The notes: generated by a model from the sequence alone, not told the origin. Shown: positions 19,147-29,893, counted from the stretch's first letter. The stretch: 64,000 bases of DNA from an uncultured Candidatus Saccharibacteria bacterium (GCA_964602665.1 CAZRRH010000002.1:62171-126170), one strand, 5' to 3'. Translations and numbers: made by a program.

Positions 19147-20235
19147 ATGGAAGAAATAAGTAAAGAAAAACTATCAAAATTACGAGAGCAAATATATGAT
19201 ACTATAAAAAAGATAAAGATAGACGAGAAAAGAAGCAAAATAGAGGAACTAAAAACTCTTAGTACTGCAGGGAATTTTTGGCAAGATAATGATAAAGCTC
19301 AGAAAACACTTAAAGAACTTAGTTCTTTGCAATCGCTGGTTGACGAGGCTCAAGGCATTTTAAAAAGCATTGACGGATTGACAGAATTTTATGATGAGGG
19401 AGGAATTGACGAAAAATTTATTATTGAACAGTATAATCAAATAGAATCAGATTATAATAACATTTCTAAATATCTCTTCTTGTCTGGTAAATATGATAAT
19501 TTAGGTGTAATAATGAGTATACATGCTGGACAAGGCGGCACAGAGGCTTGTGACTGGGCTATGATGCTTATGCGTATGTATACAAGATATTTTGATAGGA
19601 AAGGTTGGAGTTACAAAGTTGAACACATTGTTAGAAATATTGAGGCGGGAATTTCTACAGCAACAATGGTTATTGAAGGAGAGTATGCTTATGGACTTCT
19701 CAAAAACGAGCATGGGACACACCGCCTTGTAAGACTTTCGCCATTTAATGCACAGAACCTGAGGCAGACATCATTTGCTGGCGTTGATGTGATACCACTT
19801 ATTGAGGATACTGAAGATGAATTGATAATTCCTGATACTGATATAGAATTTAAGGCCGTTAGAGCAAGTGGTCCTGGTGGCCAATGTGTCAATACAACAT
19901 CGTCAGCTGTCCAAATTAAGCATATTCCCACAGGCATAACGGTACACTGCTCGCAGGAAAGAAGTCAGCTCCAAAATCGTCAAACAGCTATGCGTATTTT
20001 ACGTGCCAAACTTATTAAACTTGAGGATGAGAGGAAGGATACTGAATTAACAAAAATTAAGGGAGAGACGAAGAAAGCAAGCTGGGGCAATCAAGTTAGA
20101 AATTATATTCTTCAACCTTACAAATTAGTCAAAGATTTGCGTACGGGTGTAGAAAGTTTTAACCCTGATGCTGTTTTAGATGGTGAAATAGATCAATTTA
20201 TAGATGCGGGGATAAAACTGGTTGACATATCGTAG
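19147..20235 (+). CDS. prfB: peptide chain release factor 2
   Basis: The GGQ motif (ASGPGGQCVNTTSSAVQI) and SPF tripeptide (RLSPFNAQ) indicate RF2. It is one continuous ORF with no +1 frameshift site. Confidence 0.85.
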   Translation: MEEISKEKLSKLREQIYDTIKKIKIDEKRSKIEELKTLSTAGNFWQDNDKAQKTLKELSSLQSLVDEAQGILKSIDGLTEFYDEGGIDEKFIIEQYNQIESDYNNISKYLFLSGKYDNLGVIMSIHAGQGGTEACDWAMMLMRMYTRYFDRKGWSYKVEHIVRNIEAGISTATMVIEGEYAYGLLKNEHGTHRLVRLSPFNAQNLRQTSFAGVDVIPLIEDTEDELIIPDTDIEFKAVRASGPGGQCVNTTSSAVQIKHIPTGITVHCSQERSQLQNRQTAMRILRAKLIKLEDERKDTELTKIKGETKKASWGNQVRNYILQPYKLVKDLRTGVESFNPDAVLDGEIDQFIDAGIKLVDIS

Positions 20236-20241
20236 CAAATT

Positions 20242-20934
20242 TTGTATAAATTAGCTATGGTCAATTTTAATTCTGTGAGCAAAGTATATCAAGGTAGTAT
20301 TGTTGCATTACAAGACGCTACATTTAGCTTAAACGACGGTGAGTTTTGTTTTATAGTGGGACCGTCTGGCTCAGGTAAGTCAACAATTATAAGGTTGCTT
20401 GTTAGACAAGAACTCCCAACGCAGGGGAAAATTCTATTTGGAGATGTCGAAATAACGGATATACCAAGAAAATATCTCTCAGTTTATAGACAAAACCTTG
20501 GTGTTGTTTTCCAAGATCTAAAATTAATAGAAGCAAAAACAGTAAGAGGAAATGTCGAGTTTGCACTTGAAATTATTGGTACGAAAGATAATGAAATAAA
20601 AGATTTAACTGATTATTTGCTCGAGGTGGTAGGCCTGCAAGACAGACAAAAACTTTTGCCTGTTGCTTTATCGGGAGGTGAAAGACAAAAGGCTGCGATT
20701 GCAAGAGCCCTTGCTAATAATCCAAAGCTTTTTATTGCTGATGAACCTACGGGAAATTTGGACAACAAAACATCTCAGGAGATTCTTGAGATACTTAAGG
20801 TAATAAATAAAAGCGGAACAACTGTTTTAGTTGTTACACATGATAAAGATATCGTCGATGATATGCAAACTCGTGTAATTCATATGGAAAAAGGTAAAAT
20901 TGTAGCTGATAAGGTTGGCGGTTATTATATCTAA
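20242..20934 (+). CDS. ftsE: cell-division ABC ATPase FtsE
   Basis: Walker A GPSGSGKST, ABC signature LSGGERQKAAIARAL and Walker B FIADEPTGNLD. Followed by ftsX. Confidence 0.8.
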   Translation: MYKLAMVNFNSVSKVYQGSIVALQDATFSLNDGEFCFIVGPSGSGKSTIIRLLVRQELPTQGKILFGDVEITDIPRKYLSVYRQNLGVVFQDLKLIEAKTVRGNVEFALEIIGTKDNEIKDLTDYLLEVVGLQDRQKLLPVALSGGERQKAAIARALANNPKLFIADEPTGNLDNKTSQEILEILKVINKSGTTVLVVTHDKDIVDDMQTRVIHMEKGKIVADKVGGYYI

Positions 20935-20964
20935 AAATAAAAATAAATTTATTCTGATGATTTT

Positions 20965-21885
20965 GTGAAACTATTAAAGAAAATATTTAAAAACATGGCA
21001 TCAAATAAATGGATGTCAGTTGCAACAATAATTGTAATAACGATTGTCTTTTTCATAACAACTGTGTTTTTGGGGCTTGCTTTTGTATCTCAAAAAGCAG
21101 TAAATTATTACGAAAAGAAGGCTCAAGTCATAGTATATTTTGTATCGGATGCACCTGAAAGCGAGATTAGAAGTATACAGCTTTCAATTGAAGGAACTGG
21201 CAAAGTTGAATCAATAGAATATGTAAGTGAAGTTCAAGCTATTGAGAAATATAAAACGATGTTTGACAATGGTCAAAATCTTAATATATTGCCTGGAATA
21301 CTTCCTGCAAGTCTTGAAGTGAAGGGTAAAAGTGCCGAAGAACTTTCAGAATTAGTCGAATACATTGAAGGTCTAAAGAAAAATAATACATATATTGAAG
21401 ATGTGTGGTATTATAGAAATATAATAGATCAGATTCGTACATTATCTCTTGTGATAAAATATGGTGGAGCAACAATTGTTGGACTTTTGGTCTTTTTTAC
21501 TGTTATATTAATTGTTATAACAATTGGATTTAATATTGTTTCACATAAGGACGAGATAGAAATAATGCATTTGGTTGGTGGATCGGATGATTTTATTAAA
21601 TCTCCTTTCATTTTTGAAGGGGCATTTTATGGGCTAATTGGAGGCGTATGTTCGTCGTTGTTTTTGATTATAAACTGGTTGCTTATTGTCTATCTTGCTA
21701 AAGGGAGTGATCTTTTCTTGTGGACGGCATCTCAATTAAAAGAATTCTCTGTTGATTTCATAATATCGCCAAGCTTACCTTTATTACTTCTAATTGCTTT
21801 AACACAGATTTTTATTGGCACAGTCCTTGGCTCTATTTCTAGCTATTTTGCGGTTGTAAGATATCTAAATAGAAGGAGGGTATGA
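20965..21885 (+). CDS. ftsX: cell-division permease-like protein FtsX
   Basis: FtsX topology: TM1, a roughly 110-aa extracellular domain, then three C-terminal TM helices. It lies between ftsE and the M23 peptidase gene. Confidence 0.7.
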   Translation: MKLLKKIFKNMASNKWMSVATIIVITIVFFITTVFLGLAFVSQKAVNYYEKKAQVIVYFVSDAPESEIRSIQLSIEGTGKVESIEYVSEVQAIEKYKTMFDNGQNLNILPGILPASLEVKGKSAEELSELVEYIEGLKKNNTYIEDVWYYRNIIDQIRTLSLVIKYGGATIVGLLVFFTVILIVITIGFNIVSHKDEIEIMHLVGGSDDFIKSPFIFEGAFYGLIGGVCSSLFLIINWLLIVYLAKGSDLFLWTASQLKEFSVDFIISPSLPLLLLIALTQIFIGTVLGSISSYFAVVRYLNRRRV

Positions 21886-23219
21886 AGAAAATACTTTTGA
21901 CTATAACATTAATAATTGCTTTCGCTTTTCCATCAGTTGCTAGTGCACAACAAACAAGCTGTCCTACTGGTTTGACAGATGCACAGTGCCTAGAATATCT
22001 TCGCAATGAAGCTGCAAAAATATCACAGCAAAGTGATAAATTACAGAAACAGCTTTCATCTGAGAAGTTAAAACAGATGAATTTAACTCAAAAAATCAAT
22101 TATTATAACACTCAAATAAGTTCCCGTGAATCAAATATTAAGCAAATAGAGATTGAATTAGAAGCAAAAAACCTTGAAATAAGAATTATAGGACAGGATG
22201 TAAGCAGAATACAGGACAATATTGATCTTATAAAACAGGAAATAAATGAGTTTACTGAGGCAATTAATAGCAGAATAAAATTATCCTATAAATATGGTTT
22301 TATCTCTCCAATAGAATTAGCTCTCTCAGCAACTGATACACAGGAAGTTCTTTACAAAATGAAATATGTGGATATGGTAAAAAAACAAGATTATGAGAAT
22401 ATACTTGTTTTAAGTGATAAAAATGATGAGCTAAAGACTCATCAGGACGAATTAATTGCTCGTGAAGAGGAGATAAAGCAGGTAAGAGATGCCATCGAGG
22501 AAGAGAAAACGACTCTTTATAATGAGAAAACGCAACTTGCAGGTGAAAAAACCGAGTATACAGCACTTCTTGCCGAATCAAAGAAGCTTGAGGATGAGTA
22601 TAACAAGAGCATAAAAACTCTTGAGGCTGAGAAAAACAATTTTGATCAGCAGATTACCGCAATGATTATGAAGATGTATAATGAAGGTAATCTTAAGAAT
22701 GGTACTCCAGTAGTCAAGGGCCAAATAATCGGATTTCAGGGGCACACAGGATGTTCTTACGGTTCGCATTTACACTTTGGTATTGCGTCAACCTCAAACA
22801 ACAGATTTGTTGGTGATATTGATCCTTTTGCTACGGGTCATCTGACTAAATCAAATGGTTATGTTAGGGCGGGCAATGCATCTGCACCTATGGATAGTGC
22901 ATATATGACACAAGGATTTCATAGCGGTAAGTATGTTGATCTTGTAAGCATGACGGGTGGTAATCAGTTACAAAATACCTATGGAAGCTGTTGGAGTACA
23001 CCAACTGAGCATCAGTGCTATTTTGTGCCTGCTGGAACAAGATTGTGTGCAAAAAACACAACTTCTGATAAATGGTATTCACTTAGAGGAGAAGGCGCCC
23101 CAGTATATGCAATATACGATGGTACTGTGTATTATGGCGTTGATAGTTGGGGAGGAGCAAAATATGCTATGGTGGTCCACAACAACAACCTAATTTCAAT
23201 GTATGTTCACCTAAGATAA
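21882..23219 (+). CDS. coiled-coil M23 peptidase (EnvC/PcsB-like partner of FtsEX) retaining catalytic His residues
   Basis: A signal peptide and a long coiled coil precede an M23 domain with GFQGHTGCSYGSHLHFGI (HxH). The 4-bp overlap with ftsX suggests an operon. Confidence 0.75.
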   Translation: MKKILLTITLIIAFAFPSVASAQQTSCPTGLTDAQCLEYLRNEAAKISQQSDKLQKQLSSEKLKQMNLTQKINYYNTQISSRESNIKQIEIELEAKNLEIRIIGQDVSRIQDNIDLIKQEINEFTEAINSRIKLSYKYGFISPIELALSATDTQEVLYKMKYVDMVKKQDYENILVLSDKNDELKTHQDELIAREEEIKQVRDAIEEEKTTLYNEKTQLAGEKTEYTALLAESKKLEDEYNKSIKTLEAEKNNFDQQITAMIMKMYNEGNLKNGTPVVKGQIIGFQGHTGCSYGSHLHFGIASTSNNRFVGDIDPFATGHLTKSNGYVRAGNASAPMDSAYMTQGFHSGKYVDLVSMTGGNQLQNTYGSCWSTPTEHQCYFVPAGTRLCAKNTTSDKWYSLRGEGAPVYAIYDGTVYYGVDSWGGAKYAMVVHNNNLISMYVHLR

Positions 23220-23270
23220 TTTCATATTTTCTTCAAGATTTCTTAACCTTGCTTATATTAAAATTTTGCC

Positions 23271-24539
23271 ATGAAATTTATTATGGTAATTTTATTTTTT
23301 GCTCTTTTTGCAACTTCAGCCTATGCTGTAAAGATAAATGAGATTATGTACAATCCTACTGGGGCAGATCTTGGTTATGAATGGATAGAGCTTTATAACG
23401 GCACAGAAGATATAATTAATCTTAAGGATTATTCATTTGAGATTGCTGGCTCAAATTGGAATAGAGCTTTCATAATAGAACAAGATATTTCACTGGCAGA
23501 GGAAGAATTTATGCTTATTTGTGAGCGAGAAATAGTCGGATGTGATTATTATATAGATAAAATCGGTATGCAAAATGGTGGTGGAGCGACTGATGGCATA
23601 AGAATCAAAAATGAAAATGGTGCAGTCACAGACACTTTTTTATATGATACGCCCAATATTAATAAGCTAATAAATGATTTTGGTGATATAGAAATTGACG
23701 AGAATATTGCCAATAAATGCTTGGAAGGCAATTCTTTGGGCCGAAAAGTTGATGGAAATGACACTGAGAATTTAAGAGAAGAATTGGCTTGCTTTGTAAA
23801 ACCCACACCCAGGGTGACTAATCAGCAAATAAATTATGACAACATGTTCTCTTTATCTGAGATCTTTCCATATAAAGAAGGTGGGTATATTGAAATAATT
23901 GGTAATGGGTTAGACTTTGAAAGTTGGTACATAAAAAATAGCCTTGGAGAAAGAAATGCTTTAAAAACATCTTATTATGATAAGAATACAATAATTGTGG
24001 GCTATCCATTTAACGATGAAAAGGAGGGGTGTGTTTATTTACACTCTCCTGACGATAAAATTCAAGATAGCTTATGTTTCTCAAAACCAATTCTTTCCGT
24101 TAGCTTTTGTAAAGAAAGCTCTTTTTATTGCTATAAATCACAAGGAGAAATTCCAAATAAGGTTTATCCAAAAGAGCCTTCGACTTTATTTGTAGATGAT
24201 ATTGATATTAAAAATCCGCAATATGTTAAAATTACAGCCAAAGCTGTTTTGGAGAAGGAAAGTTATATATACTTTGAAATTGTAGATGATTCTGATATTG
24301 CTGATAAAGTTTTTAGAATTGAGAAAGATAAACTTGTCTTAGATATTGATTATAGCTCTTTATATTTACATCAATTTGAGATCGTCGGATTTTGGTATAG
24401 TTATGAGGAATATAAATACCAAATTTATCCAACTTCTGTAAAAAGTACAAGGCTTATAAGTAACGGATTGGTGCAAACAGGTGAGGGTACTTTCTTTGTA
24501 ATTTTACTTTGCATATTTTTGCTTTATCTGGTACAATAG
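23271..24539 (+). CDS. lamin-tail-domain (LTD) surface protein with a C-terminal TM anchor
   Basis: A signal peptide is followed by KINEIMYNPTGADLGYEWIELYNGTEDIINLKDYSF, which matches the LTD fold motif. A C-terminal hydrophobic helix is present. Confidence 0.55.
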   Translation: MKFIMVILFFALFATSAYAVKINEIMYNPTGADLGYEWIELYNGTEDIINLKDYSFEIAGSNWNRAFIIEQDISLAEEEFMLICEREIVGCDYYIDKIGMQNGGGATDGIRIKNENGAVTDTFLYDTPNINKLINDFGDIEIDENIANKCLEGNSLGRKVDGNDTENLREELACFVKPTPRVTNQQINYDNMFSLSEIFPYKEGGYIEIIGNGLDFESWYIKNSLGERNALKTSYYDKNTIIVGYPFNDEKEGCVYLHSPDDKIQDSLCFSKPILSVSFCKESSFYCYKSQGEIPNKVYPKEPSTLFVDDIDIKNPQYVKITAKAVLEKESYIYFEIVDDSDIADKVFRIEKDKLVLDIDYSSLYLHQFEIVGFWYSYEEYKYQIYPTSVKSTRLISNGLVQTGEGTFFVILLCIFLLYLVQ

Positions 24540-24575
24540 TAAAGTCAAAAATAATTTTATTTAATTAATATCGAT

Positions 24576-25403
24576 ATGCAAAAAAGTTCAAGTAGCAAGG
24601 GGAAATCACCTGTTGTAAGTAAAACGAAAGCTGTAGTCACAAAAAGTGTAAAAAGCAAGACTACTCCGGTAAGTTTTAATATTAACAAAAATAAACTTCT
24701 TGGGGTTATTAAGTCAAAGAAGTTAATAAAAGCAGTTTTATATTTACTGTTTTTTTTCGTTGGCTTGATCTTAATTGATTACAGTTTCCAATATCTTAAT
24801 AATGATTATAGTGCAGTTGTTATAACACATAAGGATGGAGTCGGGACAATCAGAGTTCCTAAAAGAAAAGTTGTAGAAGCGCTATTAAATAGCAGCGGAT
24901 CAAATACAGCTGAGTATCTTACAGATATTTATATAATTAATGATTATGCTACAAGAAACGGCATTGCTGTATCAGATATTGAGATAGAATTTTATAGATT
25001 TTCTTCAGAATACCAACTTTATGGTACGCTTGAGGAGTTTAGAAATGCAGATGCCTCAGCAGATAAAATTGCTAAACAGTTGGCAAATGATGAGTATGAA
25101 GCAGTTTTAATTTTACATAAAGTTATTTTTGGAGATCAGGATATATCCGAAGAGGAGGCTAACGCATCTTATGAGAAATATAAAGAGTCTTTTTCAGAAG
25201 CAGATTATAACTATTTTAACACAAAAGAAATTAGAGAGCTTAGCTACATGATTGAAAATATACAAACGAAAGCTGCAGATAGTACTAAGCTTGAAGAAAT
25301 ATACAACCAATATATAACTAATAACAATTTGTCAACAAAGCCTGAGTATGGATTTCTTAAATCAACAAAGGCTGTTTTCAATATGCTCAAAAAGGCCGAA
25401 TAA
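24576..25403 (+). CDS. type-II membrane protein with a basic Lys/Ser/Thr-rich N-terminal tail, unknown function
   Basis: 275 aa with a single TM (AVLYLLFFFVGLILI) and an acidic ectodomain. Confidence 0.4.
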   Translation: MQKSSSSKGKSPVVSKTKAVVTKSVKSKTTPVSFNINKNKLLGVIKSKKLIKAVLYLLFFFVGLILIDYSFQYLNNDYSAVVITHKDGVGTIRVPKRKVVEALLNSSGSNTAEYLTDIYIINDYATRNGIAVSDIEIEFYRFSSEYQLYGTLEEFRNADASADKIAKQLANDEYEAVLILHKVIFGDQDISEEEANASYEKYKESFSEADYNYFNTKEIRELSYMIENIQTKAADSTKLEEIYNQYITNNNLSTKPEYGFLKSTKAVFNMLKKAE

Positions 25404-25413
25404 ATTTGTTATA

Positions 25414-25486
25414 AAGATGGTAGCAAAGTAGCGGATATGATTTCATAAAAAAGAAATATGTCTGCGTATTGCGCCATCTTTTTTGT
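25414..25486 (+). terminator. candidate intrinsic terminator: imperfect long hairpin (AAGATGG...GCGCCATCTT) followed by TTTTTTGT
   Basis: The stem arms GATGG.../...CCATC are visible and a T-run follows. The loop is long and imperfect. Confidence 0.3.
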
Positions 25487-25531
25487 GTTGTAATAAATTC
25501 GTAATTATGTTATAATAACTCAACATTTAAT

Positions 25532-26323
25532 TTGATTGTAAAAAGTATGAAAGCATCAGATGATATAAAAAGTTTCTTGTCTGATAACTATAATCTTTCG
25601 GATATTGAGGTCTCTTTGTATATTAGCCTCTTAAAAAGAGGTCCTTCCACGATAATGGATTTAGCAAATTTTGCAGATGTAAACAGAGCTACAACTCATA
25701 TAAATGTTGAAACACTAATAAAAAAAGGCTTAATTGTACAAAGCCGAAAAGCTAATACAAAGCGAAGAATTGTTATTGCAGAGAAACCAGATAAACTAGG
25801 TTCAATACTAAATAATCGCAAAATGCAGATAGAGAAAGCCCAGGTTGTTCTTCCTGATATTGTAAAAAATCTTAGTGCATTACTTCCTGAAATCGACTCA
25901 AGATCTGGTATTGAGATAGAGTATTTTGAGAACAAGAAAGAGGTAAAAAATATCTATAAAAAAGTTTTGGAGGCAAATGAGATAAGAAGTTACGTCAATC
26001 TAGACAAAGTATCTGAGATGATGCCTGACAATGGACCTTTATACATCGAAGCTCATAAAAAGAATAAAAAAATGAAAATATGGTCAATTGTTAGTAGTGC
26101 AGATCCTAAAAAAAATGTTTTCCAGAAAAGCATGGACAATAAAAGATATTTTTGTAAATATCTAAAAAACGATACGGACATTTCGTTGATAGATTTCTTA
26201 ATATTTGATGATTATATTGCATATATAACCGTTGAGGAGCAAACAAAGGGTGTTATAATTAAAAATAAATATATTCAACAGCATTCAGAGGCTATTCATA
26301 AATTAGTCTGGAGCTTATTATAA
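25532..26323 (+). CDS. TrmB-family transcriptional regulator (N-terminal wHTH plus C-terminal TrmB-type domain)
   Basis: The N-terminus LSDIEVSLYISLLKRGPSTIMDLANFADVNRATTHINVETLIKKGLIV fits the TrmB HTH pattern. About 180 aa of C-terminal domain follow. Confidence 0.45.
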   Translation: MIVKSMKASDDIKSFLSDNYNLSDIEVSLYISLLKRGPSTIMDLANFADVNRATTHINVETLIKKGLIVQSRKANTKRRIVIAEKPDKLGSILNNRKMQIEKAQVVLPDIVKNLSALLPEIDSRSGIEIEYFENKKEVKNIYKKVLEANEIRSYVNLDKVSEMMPDNGPLYIEAHKKNKKMKIWSIVSSADPKKNVFQKSMDNKRYFCKYLKNDTDISLIDFLIFDDYIAYITVEEQTKGVIIKNKYIQQHSEAIHKLVWSLL

Positions 26324-26970
26324 TGAATAAAGAGCAGTTGCTTGAGATTTTCTTTAAAACCCCATCTTTGATAAACATATCAAGCAATAAAGATTTACAA
26401 GTTAAAAAAGGTGTCTTTACGCCTATTTTGATGAATATGAAATCGTTACTCTCATATCCAGATCGTCGTAGGGTAATTATTAAATTGATGAGCCAAGAAA
26501 TTGATAAGAAATACTCTGCAATCGTCGGTATTGCCTATGGAGGAGATTATTTTGCTGCTGCCTTGGCAGATGAAGTGGACACACCTGTTGCTTTTTTGCG
26601 CAAAGAGAATAAAGCTTATGGAATTTTGCTTAACGATTTGTTTGTTGGTAAAATTGATAAAGCAAATGAGCAAATACTTCTTATTGACGATGTGGTTGCC
26701 ACAGGTAATGAAGCTAAAAAAGCTCTTGTAAATATTACAAAATTATTAAAAGAAAGAAATCAAGAGATAGATTACAGTAAAATCTCTTTATTATCAATCT
26801 TTTCTTATTGCGATGAAGTTGAGATATCAAAAAAAGTTGGTATAAAAATTAGTGCTTTAATATATGCTAAAGATATAATTGAATATGGATTAGAGCATGG
26901 CTATATTGATGAAAAAACTGCTCAAATGATTACAGATCAGATCTCTTTTAATAAAGGGTTTGAAATCTAA
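26323..26970 (+). CDS. type-I phosphoribosyltransferase (orotate PRTase-like)
   Basis: The PRPP-binding motif is ILLIDDVVATGNEA. The upstream pattern IVGIAYGGDYFAAAL...FLRKENKAYG matches the PyrE family. Confidence 0.5.
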   Translation: MNKEQLLEIFFKTPSLINISSNKDLQVKKGVFTPILMNMKSLLSYPDRRRVIIKLMSQEIDKKYSAIVGIAYGGDYFAAALADEVDTPVAFLRKENKAYGILLNDLFVGKIDKANEQILLIDDVVATGNEAKKALVNITKLLKERNQEIDYSKISLLSIFSYCDEVEISKKVGIKISALIYAKDIIEYGLEHGYIDEKTAQMITDQISFNKGFEI

Positions 26971-27007
26971 GAGAAGAAATCCCGTTTTTATGGTAAAATA
27001 AGCTCAT

Positions 27008-27919
27008 ATGAATACATCCGTCGATAAAAGCGTTGCGATTCTCATATTGGCATATAATGGCATTGATAGGCTTAAACTTTGCCTTGAGAATCTAAAATGG
27101 GTGATAGATCGACCTAATACAAAAATAGTCCTTGTAGACAATGGCTCTATAGACCCTATTGCTCCACTTGTAAAAAGCAAATATCCTTGGATTTCTTTCA
27201 TTAAGAACAGTGAGAATTTAGGTTTTGCGATAGGCCAAAATAGCGCATATGAATTTATTAAGAATTCCGGTAAAAAATATAAATATATACTTGCATTAAA
27301 TCCTGATACTTTACTAAATGAAGATGTATTAGATAAGATGATTGAACAAATCGAAAAGGATGAGAATATTGGTTTAATAGGACCTAAAATAATAAACGAT
27401 GACGGACAACTTGAGAAGAGTATACATATAAAGCCAACAGCTTTTACATTCTTTTATAAATTAATAGGTTTGGATTTACAATATTTAATAAATTATCGTA
27501 AATATAAAGCCAAAAGGGCCGTAAGAGTTTTTAGCGTTTCAGGGGCTTGCATGCTAATAAAGACGCAGGTTATAGAAAAAGTTGGCTACTTTGATACTGA
27601 TTTCTTTTTCTATTATGAGGATGTAGATTTATGCAAGCGCATAAATGATGCAGGATATTTTGTTTATTACTTACCCAGTGTTGTTATAAAGCATGCCAGA
27701 GGTCGATCTGTAAGTACTCAAAGTGATAAAAACTGGAGTAAAGAGCAGACATATATATCAAGTTGGATATATTTTAAGAAAAACAGTAGCTTATTTGAGA
27801 AATGTTTATTAAAATATGGTAGAATGTTTGAAATGAATTTGCGCATTTTGATAAACTTCGAGCGAGAATGGGCAAAAAAAATGCTTTTATATTTTAAAGA
27901 TGAAAAAATTTCTAGCTAA
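27008..27919 (+). CDS. family 2 glycosyltransferase
   Basis: GT2 N-terminus VAILILAYNG...VDNGSID, DxD region and GACMLIKTQ. Confidence 0.7.
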   Translation: MNTSVDKSVAILILAYNGIDRLKLCLENLKWVIDRPNTKIVLVDNGSIDPIAPLVKSKYPWISFIKNSENLGFAIGQNSAYEFIKNSGKKYKYILALNPDTLLNEDVLDKMIEQIEKDENIGLIGPKIINDDGQLEKSIHIKPTAFTFFYKLIGLDLQYLINYRKYKAKRAVRVFSVSGACMLIKTQVIEKVGYFDTDFFFYYEDVDLCKRINDAGYFVYYLPSVVIKHARGRSVSTQSDKNWSKEQTYISSWIYFKKNSSLFEKCLLKYGRMFEMNLRILINFEREWAKKMLLYFKDEKISS

Positions 27920-28625
27920 AAAAATATTTGCTGTTATTATTTTTCTTCTGTTAACTCAGAACACATATGCTACAGATGGCTTGATGCTTTTAGAAAAGGA
28001 TGCACAAACCGTCTCAGTTGGACAAGAATTTTCTGTTGATGTAAAAATCTTCTCTGATGAAGAAGAGCTAATACTAGGTCGAGCAGTACTAACATTTGAT
28101 CCCGACTATTTGCAAATTACAAGGATATTAAGAAATGAAGACATTTTCTGCAATTATGATGATGACAGGCAAAGTGCAGATAATGAGAATGGTGTGATAG
28201 TTATCGAAGGCTATTGCCAAAGTGGAGAAGATGAGCTTTATAAGACAGCTACAGACCCGGATGTGTTTGCAAGGATATATTTTAGACCAATCATCGCTGG
28301 GAGTACAGATATTGAATGGGAACATAGTGGTCAAAATGTTGATTTTAAATCTGTGTTAATGGCTGAGGGTAGTCCTCCTCAAAATATATTAAAATTTGCT
28401 CCATCAAAGCTGATAATTAATATCCAATCTGTAAACAACAAGACAAAGACACCACAGACTAATATTTTTGGAGTAGACAACGTCTTAATAGGTATTCTTC
28501 TAATAGTAATCGGGATAGCTTCATTTGCTGTTCTATCTATGATTATAACCCTTATAAGATATCGAGGCGTTAGAGCGTATAATACAATTATTATATCAGA
28601 CGATGAAGATAGCAATCGTCCATGA
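27900..28625 (+). CDS. cohesin-like domain surface protein with a C-terminal TM anchor
   Basis: A signal peptide is followed by GQEFSVDVKIFSDEEELILGRAVLTFDPDYLQI, a cohesin-like beta-sandwich pattern. A C-terminal TM helix is present. Confidence 0.4.
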   Translation: MKKFLAKKIFAVIIFLLLTQNTYATDGLMLLEKDAQTVSVGQEFSVDVKIFSDEEELILGRAVLTFDPDYLQITRILRNEDIFCNYDDDRQSADNENGVIVIEGYCQSGEDELYKTATDPDVFARIYFRPIIAGSTDIEWEHSGQNVDFKSVLMAEGSPPQNILKFAPSKLIINIQSVNNKTKTPQTNIFGVDNVLIGILLIVIGIASFAVLSMIITLIRYRGVRAYNTIIISDDEDSNRP

Positions 28626-29697
28626 TTTCGCATACAAAATGGGCGGAGCTGAGCGATTAGTTGATACTCTCCTAAGTATGTATCCGCAAGCAGACCTTTT
28701 TATGCTTTTTGGTGACAAATCAAAATTGTCCAAGAATTTTAGTAAAAGAGATATTAAATACTCATTTTTGCAAAAGATACCTTTTATCAGATATTTTTAT
28801 AGGTGGACATTTCCTTTGTGGCCAGGGGCTATCGAGAGTTTTAATTTCGAGGGATATGATTTAGTTATATCTCACAGCACCGTCGCTGCAAAGGGTGTAA
28901 TTACTGATATAAACAGCTATCATTTTGCATATATTTCATCTTTCATGCGGTATGCTTGGGATTTGCGACATAGATATTTCGATAAAAAGCCCAGAGTCCT
29001 AAGATTTTTCATAAATTTCTGGCTAAGTTATCTAAGGGCGTGGGATGTATCTGTTAATAATAGAGTAAATAGCTTTGTGGCATGCTCAAAATTTGTTGCC
29101 AAAAGGATGCAGAAATATTACAAAATTGATAATGTGCCTGTTATATTTCCTCCAGTTGACGTAAAGAGTTGTTTGCCTCATAAAAGCATTAAAGAGCAGT
29201 ATTTTCTATCAATTGCACCGTTTGAACCTAATAAAAATGGCAATTTAGCAATAGAATGTGCAAAAAAGCACGGTTTTAATTTAAAAATTATTGGCACAGG
29301 TTCAGGATTAAAAAAGATTAAAAAAAGTGCAAAAAAATATAGAAACATAGAAATATTAGGTTGGGTAGATGAAAAGCAGAAGCTTGATTTATTAGCTGGA
29401 GCAAAAGGGCTTCTTTTTTGTGGTATTGAGGATTTTGGAATAGCTGCAGTTGAGGCTATTGGGAGTGGTACGCCGGTTATAGCTCTAAAAGCAGGTGGAG
29501 CATTAGATTATATTGTAGAAGGAGAGACAGGTGTGTTTTTTGAGAATGAAAATGCTGATAATTTATGGGAAGCAATAACAAAATCTAACCAGATTAAATG
29601 GAATCATGAAAAGATGCGCGAATTTGCTTATGACAATTTTGATAAGCACATTTTTGTACAAAAGATCGCTAGCGAGTTGAAAAAAAAACTAAAATAG
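28603..29697 (+). CDS. family 4 (GT-B) glycosyltransferase
   Basis: The N-terminus is KIAIVHDFAYKMGGAER. The C-terminus is EDFGIAAVEAIGSGTPVIALKAGGALDYIVEGETGVFF. Confidence 0.7.
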   Translation: MKIAIVHDFAYKMGGAERLVDTLLSMYPQADLFMLFGDKSKLSKNFSKRDIKYSFLQKIPFIRYFYRWTFPLWPGAIESFNFEGYDLVISHSTVAAKGVITDINSYHFAYISSFMRYAWDLRHRYFDKKPRVLRFFINFWLSYLRAWDVSVNNRVNSFVACSKFVAKRMQKYYKIDNVPVIFPPVDVKSCLPHKSIKEQYFLSIAPFEPNKNGNLAIECAKKHGFNLKIIGTGSGLKKIKKSAKKYRNIEILGWVDEKQKLDLLAGAKGLLFCGIEDFGIAAVEAIGSGTPVIALKAGGALDYIVEGETGVFFENENADNLWEAITKSNQIKWNHEKMREFAYDNFDKHIFVQKIASELKKKLK

Positions 29698-29714
29698 TGT
29701 ATTATTGAAGCTAA

Positions 29715-29787
29715 GCCGAGATAGCTCAGTTGGTAGAGCACGCGACTGAAAATCGTGGGGTCACCAGTTCAAGCCTGGTTCTCGGCA
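29715..29787 (+). tRNA. tRNA-Phe(GAA)
   Basis: Acceptor GCCGAGA/TCTCGGC, anticodon stem CGCGA/TCGTG with loop CTGAAAA, T-arm CCAGTTCAAGCCTGG. Confidence 0.85.
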
Positions 29788-29819
29788 TATGTTCGAGTAC
29801 AAATTTGATCTATAAATGT

Positions 29820-29893
29820 GCGGGAGTAGTTCAGTTGGCTAGAACGTTACTTTGCCAAAGTGAAGGTCGCGGGTTCGAGCCCCGTCTCCCGCT
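29820..29893 (+). tRNA. tRNA-Gly(GCC)
   Basis: Acceptor GCGGGAG/CTCCCGC, anticodon loop TTGCCAA, T-arm GCGGGTTCGAGCCCCGT. Confidence 0.85.

Noticed and set aside
19147-20235. Programmed +1 frameshift in prfB
   Set aside because: RF2 is one uninterrupted 362-aa ORF from its ATG. No early in-frame TGA or CUU UGA C shift site is present, so there is no frameshift to report.
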